Shown here: one piece after another, positions 35,989-45,977 of the stretch
Layout: every line of letters starts with the position of its first letter
Numbering within the stretch: the first letter of the stretch is position 1
Assembly (NCBI GenBank): GCA_965223415.1
Contig: OZ245002.1
Coordinates: 1,504,001-1,568,000, forward strand
Origin: Myxococcota bacterium
Lineage (GTDB): Bacteria > Myxococcota_A > UBA9160 > UBA6930
DNA: 64,000 bases
Direction of reading: 5' to 3'
Notes under the pieces: generated by a model
What the model saw: the letters and a program-made list of their open reading frames with translations, nothing else
Told to the model about the DNA's origin: nothing
Databases searched by the model: none
Program-made: the position numbers and the translations under genes

Positions 35989-36635
35989 GCGTCTCCCTCC
36001 GGCGTGCCCCAGCGGTTCCAGTAGGTGACCTCCCGCGCCGGGCGCCGCGTGGCCGGGCGCAGGCGGGCATCGGCCATGTGGCCGATGGGGAGCAGCACCG
36101 TCTGGGTGACACCTTCCGGGATGCCGAGGGCCCGGGCCGCCTCCTCCTCGTGCACGAGATGGAGCGTCGTCCACGTGCTGCCGACGCCCCGCGCGCGCAG
36201 GGCCACCATCAGCGACCACGCGGCGGGCAGGACCGAGCCGTAGAACGCCACCCGCATGGCGTTCGTGTCCACCAGCGGTCCACCCTCGGCGCACACCAGG
36301 ATGAGGGCCGGGGTGTCCTCGAGGCGATCGGCGAGCTCGCGGGCGCGCGGCTTGGGCCCGTCGGCGCCGGGTCGGAGCGCCGCGTAGCGGTCCATCGCCC
36401 GCCGGTAGAGCTCGGCGAGCGCCGCCTTGGGCGCCGGCTGGTCGAGGACAAGAAAGCGCCAGGCCTCCTGGTTCGCGCCGGTCGGCGCCTGGACCGCCAC
36501 GTCGATGCAGGCCTCGATCAGGCCGCGATCGACCGGCCGGTCCCAGTGGAGCCGGCGCCGCACGCTGCGGGTGGTCGAGAGCGCCCACTCCACGGCGGCC
36601 GCGAAGCCCGGCGAGGTCTCGTCGATCTCCTGCAT
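35985..36635 (-). CDS. Nitroreductase family protein
   Basis: TTRSVRR, APTGANQEAWRF, ALRARGVGSTWTT. Confidence 0.9.
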   Translation of the reverse strand: MQEIDETSPGFAAAVEWALSTTRSVRRRLHWDRPVDRGLIEACIDVAVQAPTGANQEAWRFLVLDQPAPKAALAELYRRAMDRYAALRPGADGPKPRARELADRLEDTPALILVCAEGGPLVDTNAMRVAFYGSVLPAAWSLMVALRARGVGSTWTTLHLVHEEEAARALGIPEGVTQTVLLPIGHMADARLRPATRRPAREVTYWNRWGTPEGDA

Positions 36636-36636
36636 A

Positions 36637-36750
36637 GCCCGGAGCCTACCGCGCCGATCTCACGGATCGCCCCGAGCCTACCGCGCCGATCTCGTGGATC
36701 GCCCGGAGCCTACCGCGCCGATCTCGTGGATCGCCCGGAGCCTACCGCGC
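36637..36750. repeat. 32-bp tandem repeat, about 3.5 copies
   Basis: GCCCGGAGCCTACCGCGCCGATCTCGTGGATC units starting at 36637, 36669, 36701 and a partial unit at 36733. Confidence 0.9.
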
Positions 36751-38007
36751 GCCGGGCGCGAGACCGCGGTGCAAGGCGACGAAGCCGAGGGTGGCGGTGG
36801 CGCTGATCACCGCGCACAGGGCCAGCACCCAGCCCCCGAGGCCACCCCAGCCGGCGAAGCCCAGGAAGAGCGCCATGCCGAGGAACGGCGCGTAGGCCCC
36901 CCGCAGACCCGTGAGGGTGGCGTGCAGCCCCATGTAGAGACCCGCCCGCTCCGGGTGGGCGAAGTCGTTGTGGCCGAGCTGCCAGGCCAGCATGCCCCCA
37001 CCGCGGGCCAGGCCCAGGAGCGCGCGACCCGCCCCGATCCAGGCGAGGGATCCGGTGATGGCGCCGACCGCGGTCAACGCCTGGGAGAGCGCCCACAGCC
37101 AGCTGTGCCGCGCCCGGAACTCGGCAATGTGGACCCGATCGACGTAGCCGGCCCAGAGCGGGATGGTCGCGACCGCGAGGGCGGTCGGCACGACGGTGAG
37201 GAGCGCGATGCTCGTCGTGTAGTCGGCGGCGAGCTGGCGCGAGACCACGTAGAGCACGATCGGCTCGGTCATCATGTTCGAGCTGCCGAGCAGGAACTGC
37301 CACGCCAGGTACCGGGCGTAGACGGGATCCGTGCGCAGGATGCGCAGCGCGGCCAGGGGCCCGCCGTCCTGGGCACGGCTCTCGGCGCCGATGGCCACCG
37401 CATCGCGAGCCTCCTCCCCGGCGAGGCGGACCCGGGCGAAGGCGAGGACGCCGGGGAGGACGAGGGCCGCGGCACCGGCATACACCCAGCGGAAGGCCTC
37501 GGGCTGGCGGTCGAGGAAGACCCCCCCGGCGAAGGCCGTGCTCATCAACACCAGGTTCGCGATCACCGTGAGACGCGAGGTCACCCGCGCCCGCACGTCG
37601 GCGGGGTAGTTCACGGTCCAGACGACGCTGCGCACGGTGACGACGCCGCCGATCACGAGACGGCTGGCCACCATCGCGCCGATCAGCAGCCAACCCCCCA
37701 GGCCGCCTTCGGGAAGCAGCGCGACGCAGGCGACGAGGAGCACCAGGACGAGGTGCATCACCACAAGCATCGGCACCTTGCGGCGCCGCTCGGCGATCCG
37801 CGCCCACAGGACGCTCGAGAGGTTGCCGAACATCGGCGCCGCGCTGATCAGCGCCAGTGCCGCTGGGTGGACGTGAAAGGCCTTGTCGGCGATGACGCCG
37901 ACGAAACCGCCCTCCATCAGGGAGAAGGAGATCGGCAGGAACAGCTGGGCCAGGCGCTCGTGGCGGTAGCTCTGGGCCGCAGCCTCCGAGAGGGGCGGGA
38001 GCGGCAC
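36742..38007 (-). CDS. MFS transporter
   Basis: About 12 TM helices; WARIAERRRK and WAGYVDRV loops. Confidence 0.82.
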   Translation of the reverse strand: MPLPPLSEAAAQSYRHERLAQLFLPISFSLMEGGFVGVIADKAFHVHPAALALISAAPMFGNLSSVLWARIAERRRKVPMLVVMHLVLVLLVACVALLPEGGLGGWLLIGAMVASRLVIGGVVTVRSVVWTVNYPADVRARVTSRLTVIANLVLMSTAFAGGVFLDRQPEAFRWVYAGAAALVLPGVLAFARVRLAGEEARDAVAIGAESRAQDGGPLAALRILRTDPVYARYLAWQFLLGSSNMMTEPIVLYVVSRQLAADYTTSIALLTVVPTALAVATIPLWAGYVDRVHIAEFRARHSWLWALSQALTAVGAITGSLAWIGAGRALLGLARGGGMLAWQLGHNDFAHPERAGLYMGLHATLTGLRGAYAPFLGMALFLGFAGWGGLGGWVLALCAVISATATLGFVALHRGLAPGAR

Positions 38008-38013
38008 GGCGGC

Positions 38014-39231
38014 TCAGGCGAGCAGGCGGTGGGCCCGGCCGACCAGCTCCGGGACGGCGACACCGTGGGGGCAGGCTCCGGCGCAGGGCGCGCTGGAGCA
38101 GGAGAGGCAGGCAGCCGCGTTCCGGCCCACGCCGGCGTAGCTCTCGCGGCCCTGGTCGAGATCGCCGTAGTCCTGGGCGTACATGCGGCTGCGCAGCACC
38201 TGGGAGATCTCGACGCCGGCGGGGCAAGCGCTCTCGCAAACGTCGCAACCGTAGCGGCACTGGCTGCGTTCGGCGCGGCGGGCGTAGCGGGTGAGGAGGC
38301 CGGCGTCGGCGGAATGAGGCGCGTCCCAGCCGGACGCGGCCACGTACTCGTCGACCTCGGCGGGGGTTCGCATGGTGATGATCGCGGCGTCGACGATGGA
38401 ACTCGCCAGGGTCCAGCGGAGTGCGGCCTGGGCGAAGGTGGCACCGCCGCCCTCGTAGGGACGCATGTCGTTCAGCCGGGCGCCGCGCAGGGTCTTCATC
38501 GCGACGACGCCCACGCCCTTCTCCCTGGCGCGGGCGAGGACGCGGGGCAGGTCCGGCTGGACGGCGATGAAGTCGAAGCGCCCCGTGAACTTCTGCACGA
38601 AGGACGGATCCTGGCCGAAGTTGTAGCCGACGAGCACGACGTCGAGGTGATCCGTGTCGAGGGCGCGGTCGATGCACGGAACGAGGCGTCCGCCGTGGCC
38701 GGAGAGGCCGGTGAAGCGGATCTTGCCGTGCTGCTTCGCGCGGGTCGTGAACTCGAGCCACTCGTCGTTCTCGAGGCGGCGCAGGTCGTTGACGGCGTGC
38801 TGGAAGTAGACGTCGATGCGATCGGTGGCGAGGCGGGTGAGGCTGGCCTCGAGGCGGGCGAGGAGCTCGTGGCGGTCGTCGTCCCGGTCGTCCATGACCT
38901 TGCTCGCCAGGACGATGCGCTCACGATCGGCGCCGAGAGCCCGGCCGAGGGTTCGCTCCGCCTCGCCACGGGTGTAGCCCTCGGCGGTGTCGAAGTAGGT
39001 GACGCCGCGGTCGAGGGCGTGGCGCACCACCGCCTCGTCACCGGACAAGCGGCTCGAGCCGAAGCCGACGTCGCCGATCTCGAGGCCGGTGCGGCCGAGC
39101 CGCACGGTTCGGCGGATCGCCGGCTCGGGGGGGCGGGGCTCGCTCCCGGCGGCGGCCCAGGGTGCCAGGGAGAGGCCCGAAGCCAGGGCGGCGCCCCGCC
39201 GAAGGAGCTCGCGTCGGTCGATCTCCGCCAT
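38014..39231 (-). CDS. Tat-exported aldo/keto reductase with C-terminal Fe-S binding Cys cluster
   Basis: DRRELL twin-Arg signal; LGRTGL, FDTAEGY, AMKTL; CRYGCDVCESACP and CLSC..CAGACP. Confidence 0.88.
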   Translation of the reverse strand: MAEIDRRELLRRGAALASGLSLAPWAAAGSEPRPPEPAIRRTVRLGRTGLEIGDVGFGSSRLSGDEAVVRHALDRGVTYFDTAEGYTRGEAERTLGRALGADRERIVLASKVMDDRDDDRHELLARLEASLTRLATDRIDVYFQHAVNDLRRLENDEWLEFTTRAKQHGKIRFTGLSGHGGRLVPCIDRALDTDHLDVVLVGYNFGQDPSFVQKFTGRFDFIAVQPDLPRVLARAREKGVGVVAMKTLRGARLNDMRPYEGGGATFAQAALRWTLASSIVDAAIITMRTPAEVDEYVAASGWDAPHSADAGLLTRYARRAERSQCRYGCDVCESACPAGVEISQVLRSRMYAQDYGDLDQGRESYAGVGRNAAACLSCSSAPCAGACPHGVAVPELVGRAHRLLA

Positions 39232-39310
39232 CGCATGCCTCCCCGGGGATCCTAGCAGGAGCCGATTTCTCCTTGCGAATCGAAGACTTCGCAGATCCCG
39301 ACGGATGCGG

Positions 39311-39337
39311 CTCAAGTTGCCGGTCGGTGAGGTCGAT
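39311..39337 (+). promoter_or_regulatory. Sigma28/FliA-like promoter
   Basis: CTCAAG-N15-GTCGAT. Confidence 0.45.
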
Positions 39338-39364
39338 TCCTGGGTACGCCCCCGGGAGAACGTC

Positions 39365-39709
39365 ATGGCCGCTTCTGCCTGGATCGTCCCCGGCCCCGAA
39401 ACCGCTTCCCGCGAGGAGCTCCCGCCGCCGCGGGCGCTTCCGGGCCGTCCGGGCCTGACGTGGGCGCTGCTGCTGGCCCCGTTCCCGGGCTTCGCCCTCG
39501 GCGTGGCCCTCGCCCTCGCCCAGGCACCACCCAGCACCGCGCCGGAGCTGCGCGCGAGCGCCCCGCCACCTGTGCCCGCACCCACCCTCCCCCCCGCGCC
39601 GCCCACCCGCTTCTGGAAGCCCGCCGGCTCCACGGCCGTCCCGCCGCCGACGCGCCTGACCCAGCGCCACTACCGCCCCGAGCTCCGCCTCGCCAGGCAA
39701 TCGAACTAG
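39365..39709 (+). CDS. Pro-rich single-TM hypothetical protein
   Basis: GGGAG RBS before the ATG; hydrophobic segment then a Pro-rich tail; fills an otherwise empty gap. Confidence 0.45.
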   Translation: MAASAWIVPGPETASREELPPPRALPGRPGLTWALLLAPFPGFALGVALALAQAPPSTAPELRASAPPPVPAPTLPPAPPTRFWKPAGSTAVPPPTRLTQRHYRPELRLARQSN

Positions 39710-39712
39710 GAA

Positions 39713-39782
39713 CGCAAGAGTGGGGACGTTCCTTGCAACTTGCGCATCTGCGCAAGTTGCAAGGAACGTCCCCACTCTTGCG
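39713..39782. repeat. Perfect palindrome (family B), 34-bp arms with 2-nt centre
   Basis: CGCAAGAGTGGGGACGTTCCTTGCAACTTGCGCA-TC-exact reverse complement. Confidence 0.92.
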
Positions 39783-39784
39783 GT

Positions 39785-42700
39785 TCAGCTCTCGGCGGGG
39801 GCTTCGGATTCGGCGACGGGGTCGGCCGCGTCGTCCTCGGCGGCCTGGGCGTCGCGTGTGGCGCGGCGGAGGCGCGCGGGGGCGCGGGTGTCCAGGCGGC
39901 CGCTCAGCAGGAGCGACAGGTCCTCGACGACGAGATGGGCGCAGGGAACGAAGAAGAGCGTGATCAGGCTGGCGAAGATCACGCCGAAGGCCAGGGCGAT
40001 CGCCATCGGGATCATGAAGCGCGCCGAGAGGCTCTGCTCGAGCATCATCGGGGTGAGGCCGGCGAAGGTCGTGAGAGAGGTCAGCAGGATCGCGCGTAGG
40101 CGAGCGCGGCCAGCGTCGCGCACGGCCTCGGCCAGGCGCGCCCCCTGGCTGCGCAGGTGGTTCACGTGATCGACGAGCACGAGGCTCGCGTTCACCACGA
40201 CACCGGACAGGGCCACGAAGCCGATGATCGAATACATGCTGAAGTCGTATCCGAGCAGCATGTGACCGGCGATGCCGCCGATCAGGCCGAAGGGAATGGC
40301 GCTCATGATGATGAGCGGCTGCACGTAGGAGCGGAGGGGTACGGCCAGCAGTGCGTAGATCACGAGGAACGCGATCACCTGGCCGCGCAGCATGGCGCTC
40401 ATGAACATGCGCTGCTCGGCCTGCTCGCCCTCGAAGGAGTGGCGCACCCCCGGGTAGCCCGCCAGGAGCTCCGGGAGCACCCGCTCTTCCAGGTCGGCGA
40501 CGATCTCGTTGGCGTTCGCGACCGCCACGTCCACGTCCGCCGAGACGGTGACGACGCGCCGGCGATCGACGCGGCGGATCGCGGCGAAGCCGCGCCCGAG
40601 CTCGGCCGCGGCCACGGAGGTGAAGGGCACCTCGTCGCCCTCACGGGTGCGGATCCGCATCGCCTCCACGTCGCCGAGGGAGCGCCGCCGCTCGGCCGGA
40701 TAGCGGACCATTACCTTCACTTCGTCGCGGCCGCGCTGCAGGCGTTGCGCCTCCTCACCGTGGAAGGCCTGCCGCACCTGCCGCGCCACGTCCTGGAGGG
40801 ACACGCCGAGGGCCTCGGCGGAGGGCAGCACCCGGAACTGGAGCTCCTGCTTGCCGCCCTGGAAGGAATCGGCGATGTCGAACACACCAGGATAGGCGGC
40901 CAGCTGCGCCTTCAAGTCGCCGGCTGCGAGTCGCAGGCTCTCGAGATCGCTGCCGCGAAGCTCCAGCTCGACCGGCAGTCCAGCCGAGATCAGGCTGTTG
41001 TTGAAGCTCAGCTCCTCGGCGCCGGCGATATCTCCCACCCGCTCGCGCCAGCGCCGCTGCATCTCGTCCGTTCCGATGAAGCGCTGCTCCGGCTCGATCA
41101 TCTCGACCTGCACCTCACCCAGATGGGCCGCGCCTCCGGTCGAAGCCAGGTTGGGCAGCGGCCCCGCGTGGCGCGAGGAGGGCTGCTCGCCCACCGTCAC
41201 CATCACGTGGCTGAAGATGCTCTCGCCCTCCTCGCCCCGTTCCGCGTCGGCCTCTGCCTGCACCGCTCTCGCCGCCTGCTCCAGGCGCTCGATGGCCCGT
41301 GCCGTCGCGGCCGCCGGCGTGCCGGGCGCCATGGTGAGGCTCGCGCTGATCACGTCCCCTTCCACCGGCTCCTGGAAGGTGAAGCGCAGCCAGCCGCCGG
41401 CAAGGAGCCCGGTGCTCACCAGGAGCATCGAGCAGGCCAGCGCGATGGTCAGGTAGCGCCACTCGAGGGCCCACTCGAGGGCGGGCCGGTAGCGGTGCTC
41501 GATCAGGTAATCGAGCTGGTGCGCGACGCGGTCCTGGAGCGCCCTCCAGCGGCGACTGACGGGATTGCTGGGCGCGGCGTCGAGCTGGCTCCTCCCGTGC
41601 CCCAGGTGCGCGGGCAGGACGAACATGGCTTCCACGAGGGAGAACACCAGACAGGCGATCACCACCGTCGGCAGCACCGCGGTGAGCTTTCCCATGGAAC
41701 CGGGGATGAACAGCATCGGTGCGAACGCGGCAATGGTGGTGGCCACGCCGAACACGACCGGCACGGCGATACCCGTCGCGCCGCGCACCGCGCCTTCGAG
41801 CTTCTTGCCGGTGCGATGCTGCTCCGTATAGGTGTTCTCGCCGACCACGATGGCGTCGTCCACGACGATGCCCAGCACCACGATGAAGCCCAGCAACGAG
41901 ATCCAGTTGATGGTCTGGTCCAGGCTCGGGAGCACCGCGATCGCACCCAGGAAGGCGATGGGGATGCCGAGGCTCACCCAGAGCGCGAGGCGGAGCCGCA
42001 GAAAGATGGCCAGCACGGCGAGAACGAGCAGGAAGCCGCCCCGAGCGTTGCGGAACATGCTGCCGAGCCGGTCGTCCAGGAAGTCCCCGGCGTTCATCCA
42101 GATGGTGAGGGAGATGCCGGGCGGAAGGCTACGATCGGCGCCCGCGACGTAGCGCTTCACGGCGTTCGAGACGTCGAGCATCTTCTCGTCGCCTACCTGG
42201 AACACCTGGACCATCGCGGAGGACTCGCCGTCGAAGCTGGAGAACTGGTCCGTCTCAGCGAAGCCGTCGGTCACCCTGGCGACGTCGCCGACGGTGAGGC
42301 GTGTTCCGTCGTGACGGGAGACCAGCGCGATCTGCTCGAAGGCCGGCGCGCTCGTGGCCTTGCCCTTCGCCCGCAACAGGATCTCCCCGCCGGAAGCGCG
42401 CACGGAGCCTCCGGGCAGGTCGACGGAGGAGCGTCGCACGGCCCCGGCCACGTCGTCGAAGGTCACGCCGAAGCGCTGCAGCGCCTCCTCGGACACCTCG
42501 ATCTGGATTTCGTAGGGGCGAACCGAGGCCACCTGGGCCTGGGTGATCTCCGGAAGCGCCGTCAGCTCGTCCCGCACGTGCTCGGCGGCGCGCTTCAGCG
42601 TGCGCTCGTCAACGGCACCGGCGACTGCGATCGAGAGCACGATGCGGCCGATCTCCGCCTGCTTCACGACCGGGCGCTTGGCCTCGTCCGGGAAGCCCTC

Positions 42701-43048
42701 GATGGCGTCGATGCGCGCCCGCACGTCGGCGAGACGGCGGCTCAGATCTTCGCCGGCCTGCATCTCCACGACGACCGAGGCGATCCCCTCGCTGGCCGTC
42801 GATCGGACGCGCTTGATGCCGGGCATCCCGTCGAGCGCCTCTTCCACGCGGATGGCGATCGCCTGCTCGACCTCCTCCGGCGACGCGCCCGGGTAGGCCA
42901 CGCTGACGGTCACGATGTCGAGGTCGACGTCGGGGACCATCTCCTGCCCGATGGTCGGCAGGGTCATCAGGCCGCCCACCACCAGCAGGGCCATCAGCAG
43001 GTTCGAAGCGACGTGGTTCTCGGCGAACCACGCGATGGCGGCTTTCAC
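39785..43048 (-). CDS. RND efflux transporter permease (AcrB family)
   Basis: YPGASPEEVE, LGIVVDDAIVVGEN, GVVVNASLVL, RLRAILLTSLTT. Confidence 0.95.
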   Translation of the reverse strand: MKAAIAWFAENHVASNLLMALLVVGGLMTLPTIGQEMVPDVDLDIVTVSVAYPGASPEEVEQAIAIRVEEALDGMPGIKRVRSTASEGIASVVVEMQAGEDLSRRLADVRARIDAIEGFPDEAKRPVVKQAEIGRIVLSIAVAGAVDERTLKRAAEHVRDELTALPEITQAQVASVRPYEIQIEVSEEALQRFGVTFDDVAGAVRRSSVDLPGGSVRASGGEILLRAKGKATSAPAFEQIALVSRHDGTRLTVGDVARVTDGFAETDQFSSFDGESSAMVQVFQVGDEKMLDVSNAVKRYVAGADRSLPPGISLTIWMNAGDFLDDRLGSMFRNARGGFLLVLAVLAIFLRLRLALWVSLGIPIAFLGAIAVLPSLDQTINWISLLGFIVVLGIVVDDAIVVGENTYTEQHRTGKKLEGAVRGATGIAVPVVFGVATTIAAFAPMLFIPGSMGKLTAVLPTVVIACLVFSLVEAMFVLPAHLGHGRSQLDAAPSNPVSRRWRALQDRVAHQLDYLIEHRYRPALEWALEWRYLTIALACSMLLVSTGLLAGGWLRFTFQEPVEGDVISASLTMAPGTPAAATARAIERLEQAARAVQAEADAERGEEGESIFSHVMVTVGEQPSSRHAGPLPNLASTGGAAHLGEVQVEMIEPEQRFIGTDEMQRRWRERVGDIAGAEELSFNNSLISAGLPVELELRGSDLESLRLAAGDLKAQLAAYPGVFDIADSFQGGKQELQFRVLPSAEALGVSLQDVARQVRQAFHGEEAQRLQRGRDEVKVMVRYPAERRRSLGDVEAMRIRTREGDEVPFTSVAAAELGRGFAAIRRVDRRRVVTVSADVDVAVANANEIVADLEERVLPELLAGYPGVRHSFEGEQAEQRMFMSAMLRGQVIAFLVIYALLAVPLRSYVQPLIIMSAIPFGLIGGIAGHMLLGYDFSMYSIIGFVALSGVVVNASLVLVDHVNHLRSQGARLAEAVRDAGRARLRAILLTSLTTFAGLTPMMLEQSLSARFMIPMAIALAFGVIFASLITLFFVPCAHLVVEDLSLLLSGRLDTRAPARLRRATRDAQAAEDDAADPVAESEAPAES

Positions 43049-44211
43049 GACCCGCTCTCCGCAGCGGAGGGCTCGGGAAGCACCTCCATGCCGTCGGTGA
43101 GAAGCGCGAGGGCGCGGGACGCCACCCGCTCGCCGTCCTCGAGACCGGCGCCGATCAGCACCCGTTCGCCATCGGCGCGCAGCACTTCGACCTCGCGCAC
43201 ACGAACGCGGGAATCCGCTCCGATCACCAGCACCTGCCGGGTGCCGCGCAGGGCGCCGCGGGGCAGGTCGAAAGCGGCGGGCACGCTGCGGCCCTCGATC
43301 TCGGCCTCGACGAACAGGCCGACGGGCAAACCCGGCCCAGCGGCCGTGCCGCGCTCGATGCGGGCCACCGCGACGAGCATCCGCGTGCGCGCGTCGAGTG
43401 CGCCCTCCATGCGCACGAGTCGGCCGGTCCACTCCTGGCGACGACCGGCGAAGTGCCCGGCGAGCATCACCCGGGGCGCCGACTCGGTGCCGGGCGAGGC
43501 GAGATCGAGGAAGGCCAGCTCGTCGCTCGGGATCGGCAGGCGCACCTCGAGGGCGTCGGTCGCGTAGACCCGGGCCGCGGCCGCGCCGCGTCCGGCGAAC
43601 TGGCCCACGGCCACCGCGCGGCTGCGGACGCGACCGTCGAAGGGAGCACGCACCTGCGTCCGCTCGAGATCGAGCTCGGCCTGGGCCAGGGCCGCCCGCG
43701 CTTCGCGAAGGCTGGCGCCCGCGACGCCGGCGCGGCTCTCGGCCTCGTCCAGGGCGGCGGGGCTGGCGGCACCGACACCGCGCAGCGTCCTGCGCCGCTC
43801 GAGGGTGGAGGCGGCCAGCCGGTGCTGGCTCTCGGCTCGTTCGACTCCGGCGCGGGCGCGCTCGAGGGCGGCCTCGTAGTCCCGGGCGTCGATGCGCAGG
43901 AGCGGCTCGCCTGCGGTGAAACGGCCGCCGGCTTCGAGGGCTGGCGCGATCCACGTGATGCGACCGGCGGCCTCCACGACGAGGTCGGTCTCGAGGCGCG
44001 GCTCGACGGTTCCCTGGGCGCGCACCCGCAGCTTCACGGGCTCTGCCCGGGCGACAGTGACCGCCACCGGCGGAATGCGCTCGGTGATCGCTTCGGGCTC
44101 GCCCCGAGGCTCGATGGCGACGAGCCCGGTCGTGGCGAGAAGGCCGGCACCCAGCACGATGACCGGGGCGAGGGCCTTGGGGCCGATCTGTCGGAGAGTC
44201 CGCGGCATCAT
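43045..44211 (-). CDS. RND periplasmic adaptor (MFP) subunit
   Basis: AQGTVEP, VRAPFDGRV, GLFVEAEI. Confidence 0.92.
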   Translation of the reverse strand: MMPRTLRQIGPKALAPVIVLGAGLLATTGLVAIEPRGEPEAITERIPPVAVTVARAEPVKLRVRAQGTVEPRLETDLVVEAAGRITWIAPALEAGGRFTAGEPLLRIDARDYEAALERARAGVERAESQHRLAASTLERRRTLRGVGAASPAALDEAESRAGVAGASLREARAALAQAELDLERTQVRAPFDGRVRSRAVAVGQFAGRGAAAARVYATDALEVRLPIPSDELAFLDLASPGTESAPRVMLAGHFAGRRQEWTGRLVRMEGALDARTRMLVAVARIERGTAAGPGLPVGLFVEAEIEGRSVPAAFDLPRGALRGTRQVLVIGADSRVRVREVEVLRADGERVLIGAGLEDGERVASRALALLTDGMEVLPEPSAAESGS

Positions 44212-44307
44212 CTCTCGCGGCCTTGGGCGGCAGCTCTCTGAGGGGGGAAGAGGGGGGCGGCGCCCCGGGGCTCCTTGCACCCGACCGATCGGGCGGGTGT
44301 CTCCGGG

Positions 44308-44336
44308 CTATCGGCAGAATGGGGGCAGAGGATGAG
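44308..44336 (-). promoter_or_regulatory. Sigma28/FliA-like promoter of the RND operon
   Basis: CTCATC-N15-GCCGATAG on the minus strand. Confidence 0.5.
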
Positions 44337-44426
44337 CAGCCGTTCGTCCACGGGACAGGCTCGACGCGGGTCGGAACCCCCGGGGGGAGGCCGGCCAACG
44401 CGGAGCGGCCGTGTCACCATGCGCCC

Positions 44427-45206
44427 ATGCCGCGCCTCAGCCACCTCAGCCGCTCGATCGCCGGCCGGATCGCCCTGGTGACCGGGGCCGCCAGCGGCAT
44501 GGGCCGGGCCACCGCCCACTTGTTCGCCGACGAGGGCGCGCGGGTGGCCGTGTGCGACCTGAACGCGGAGGGCACGGCGACGGTCGTGAAGGAGATCCGG
44601 TCGGCCGGGGGCGAGGCCGAGGGCTTCCCGTGCGACGTGGCCGATCCGGTGGCTGCGGCAAGCCTGGTGCAAGACGTGGCCGGGCACTTCGGCGGCCTGC
44701 ACATCCTCGTGAACAACGCCGGCGTCAGCCTCGGCGCGCCCCTCGAGAGCGCCGAGTTCCCGGAGATCTGGGATCGCAGCTTGGCGGTGAACCTCACCTC
44801 CCAGATCCAGCTGATCCGCGCGGCCCTCCCCCACCTCCAGGCCGACGGCGCCGGACGCATCGTCAACATCGCCTCCACCGAGGGGCTCGGCGCCACCGCC
44901 GGCATCCCCAACTACACAGCGAGCAAGCACGGCGTGGTGGGCCTGACCCGGTCCCTCGCAGTGGGGCTCGGCAGCCAGGGCGTGACCGTGAACTGCATCT
45001 GTCCGGGCCCGATCCACACCGGGATGACCGCGGCGATTCCGGACGGGATGAAGGAGAAGTTCGCGCGCCGGCGGGTGCCGGCGCGGCGCTACGGCGATCC
45101 CGAGGAGGTGGCCCACGCGACGTTGTCGCTCGTGCTGCCCGCTGCCTCGTTCATCAACGGCGCCATCCTGCCCGTGGACGGCGGGTTGGTCGTGCAGAAC
45201 ACCTAG
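44427..45206 (+). CDS. SDR family oxidoreductase
   Basis: TGAASGMG, NNAG, YTASK. Confidence 0.93.
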   Translation: MPRLSHLSRSIAGRIALVTGAASGMGRATAHLFADEGARVAVCDLNAEGTATVVKEIRSAGGEAEGFPCDVADPVAAASLVQDVAGHFGGLHILVNNAGVSLGAPLESAEFPEIWDRSLAVNLTSQIQLIRAALPHLQADGAGRIVNIASTEGLGATAGIPNYTASKHGVVGLTRSLAVGLGSQGVTVNCICPGPIHTGMTAAIPDGMKEKFARRRVPARRYGDPEEVAHATLSLVLPAASFINGAILPVDGGLVVQNT

Positions 45207-45214
45207 GAGCATCC

Positions 45215-45964
45215 ATGGCCGCGGAACGAATCGACGCCTATCTCGTCGCAGCAGGGCGCTACCACGACATCGACTATGCGCGGGTCGAGCTCCTCAAGCA
45301 CCTGGCGGTGCACGAGCAGGTCCGCGTGCGGGTCGCGGACAGCTACGCCGATACGGAGGCGATCGCTGCGAGCCGCTTCCTCGTCACCTACACCTGCGAC
45401 GTACGACCGACCCAGCAGCAGCAGGAGGCGCTCCAGCGCTACGTCGAGGGTGGGGGCCGCTGGCTGGCACTGCACGGGACGAATGCGGCCCTCGACTTCA
45501 CCGCCGAGGGAGTGGTCGCGCCACGTGTGATCGGCACCCTGGCCCACACCCTGGGCAGCCAGTTCCTCGCACACCCGCCGATCCAGCCCTACAAGGTGGA
45601 GCCCTGCGCCCCGGACCATCCCCTCGTCACGGGCATCGACGCCTTCGAGACCGACGACGAGCTCTACCTCTGCGAGTACCACGAGCGCGAGAAGCTCGTC
45701 CCGCTGCTCGACACCCAGTACGCCGGCGACGCGGCGGGCTTCGTGGAAACCGACTGGTCCGACGCCGACCGCCACCTCGTGATGTACCTACGTCCCCTCG
45801 GCGAGGGTGCCGTCCTCTACAACACCCTCGGCCACTGCCGCGGCCACTACGACATGCAGCCGGTGATGGACTACTACCCCGTCGTCGAGCGCTGCAGCTG
45901 GGAGAAGCCCGAGTACCACGAACTCCTCCGCCGCAGCCTCCGCTGGTGCCTTGGCGAGCTGTGA
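45215..45964 (+). CDS. ThuA-like domain protein (class I glutamine amidotransferase fold)
   Basis: HDID, GGRWLALHG, DELY, YNTLGH. Confidence 0.8.
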   Translation: MAAERIDAYLVAAGRYHDIDYARVELLKHLAVHEQVRVRVADSYADTEAIAASRFLVTYTCDVRPTQQQQEALQRYVEGGGRWLALHGTNAALDFTAEGVVAPRVIGTLAHTLGSQFLAHPPIQPYKVEPCAPDHPLVTGIDAFETDDELYLCEYHEREKLVPLLDTQYAGDAAGFVETDWSDADRHLVMYLRPLGEGAVLYNTLGHCRGHYDMQPVMDYYPVVERCSWEKPEYHELLRRSLRWCLGEL

Positions 45965-45977
45965 AGAAGCGGCGCGA

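Noticed and set aside
36637..36750. CRISPR array
   Set aside because: The units abut with no unique spacers, and there are no cas genes in the window.
44220..44275. C-rich leader of the RND operon as a second sRNA or riboswitch
   Set aside because: The pairing is unconvincing, with no terminator and no recognisable aptamer.
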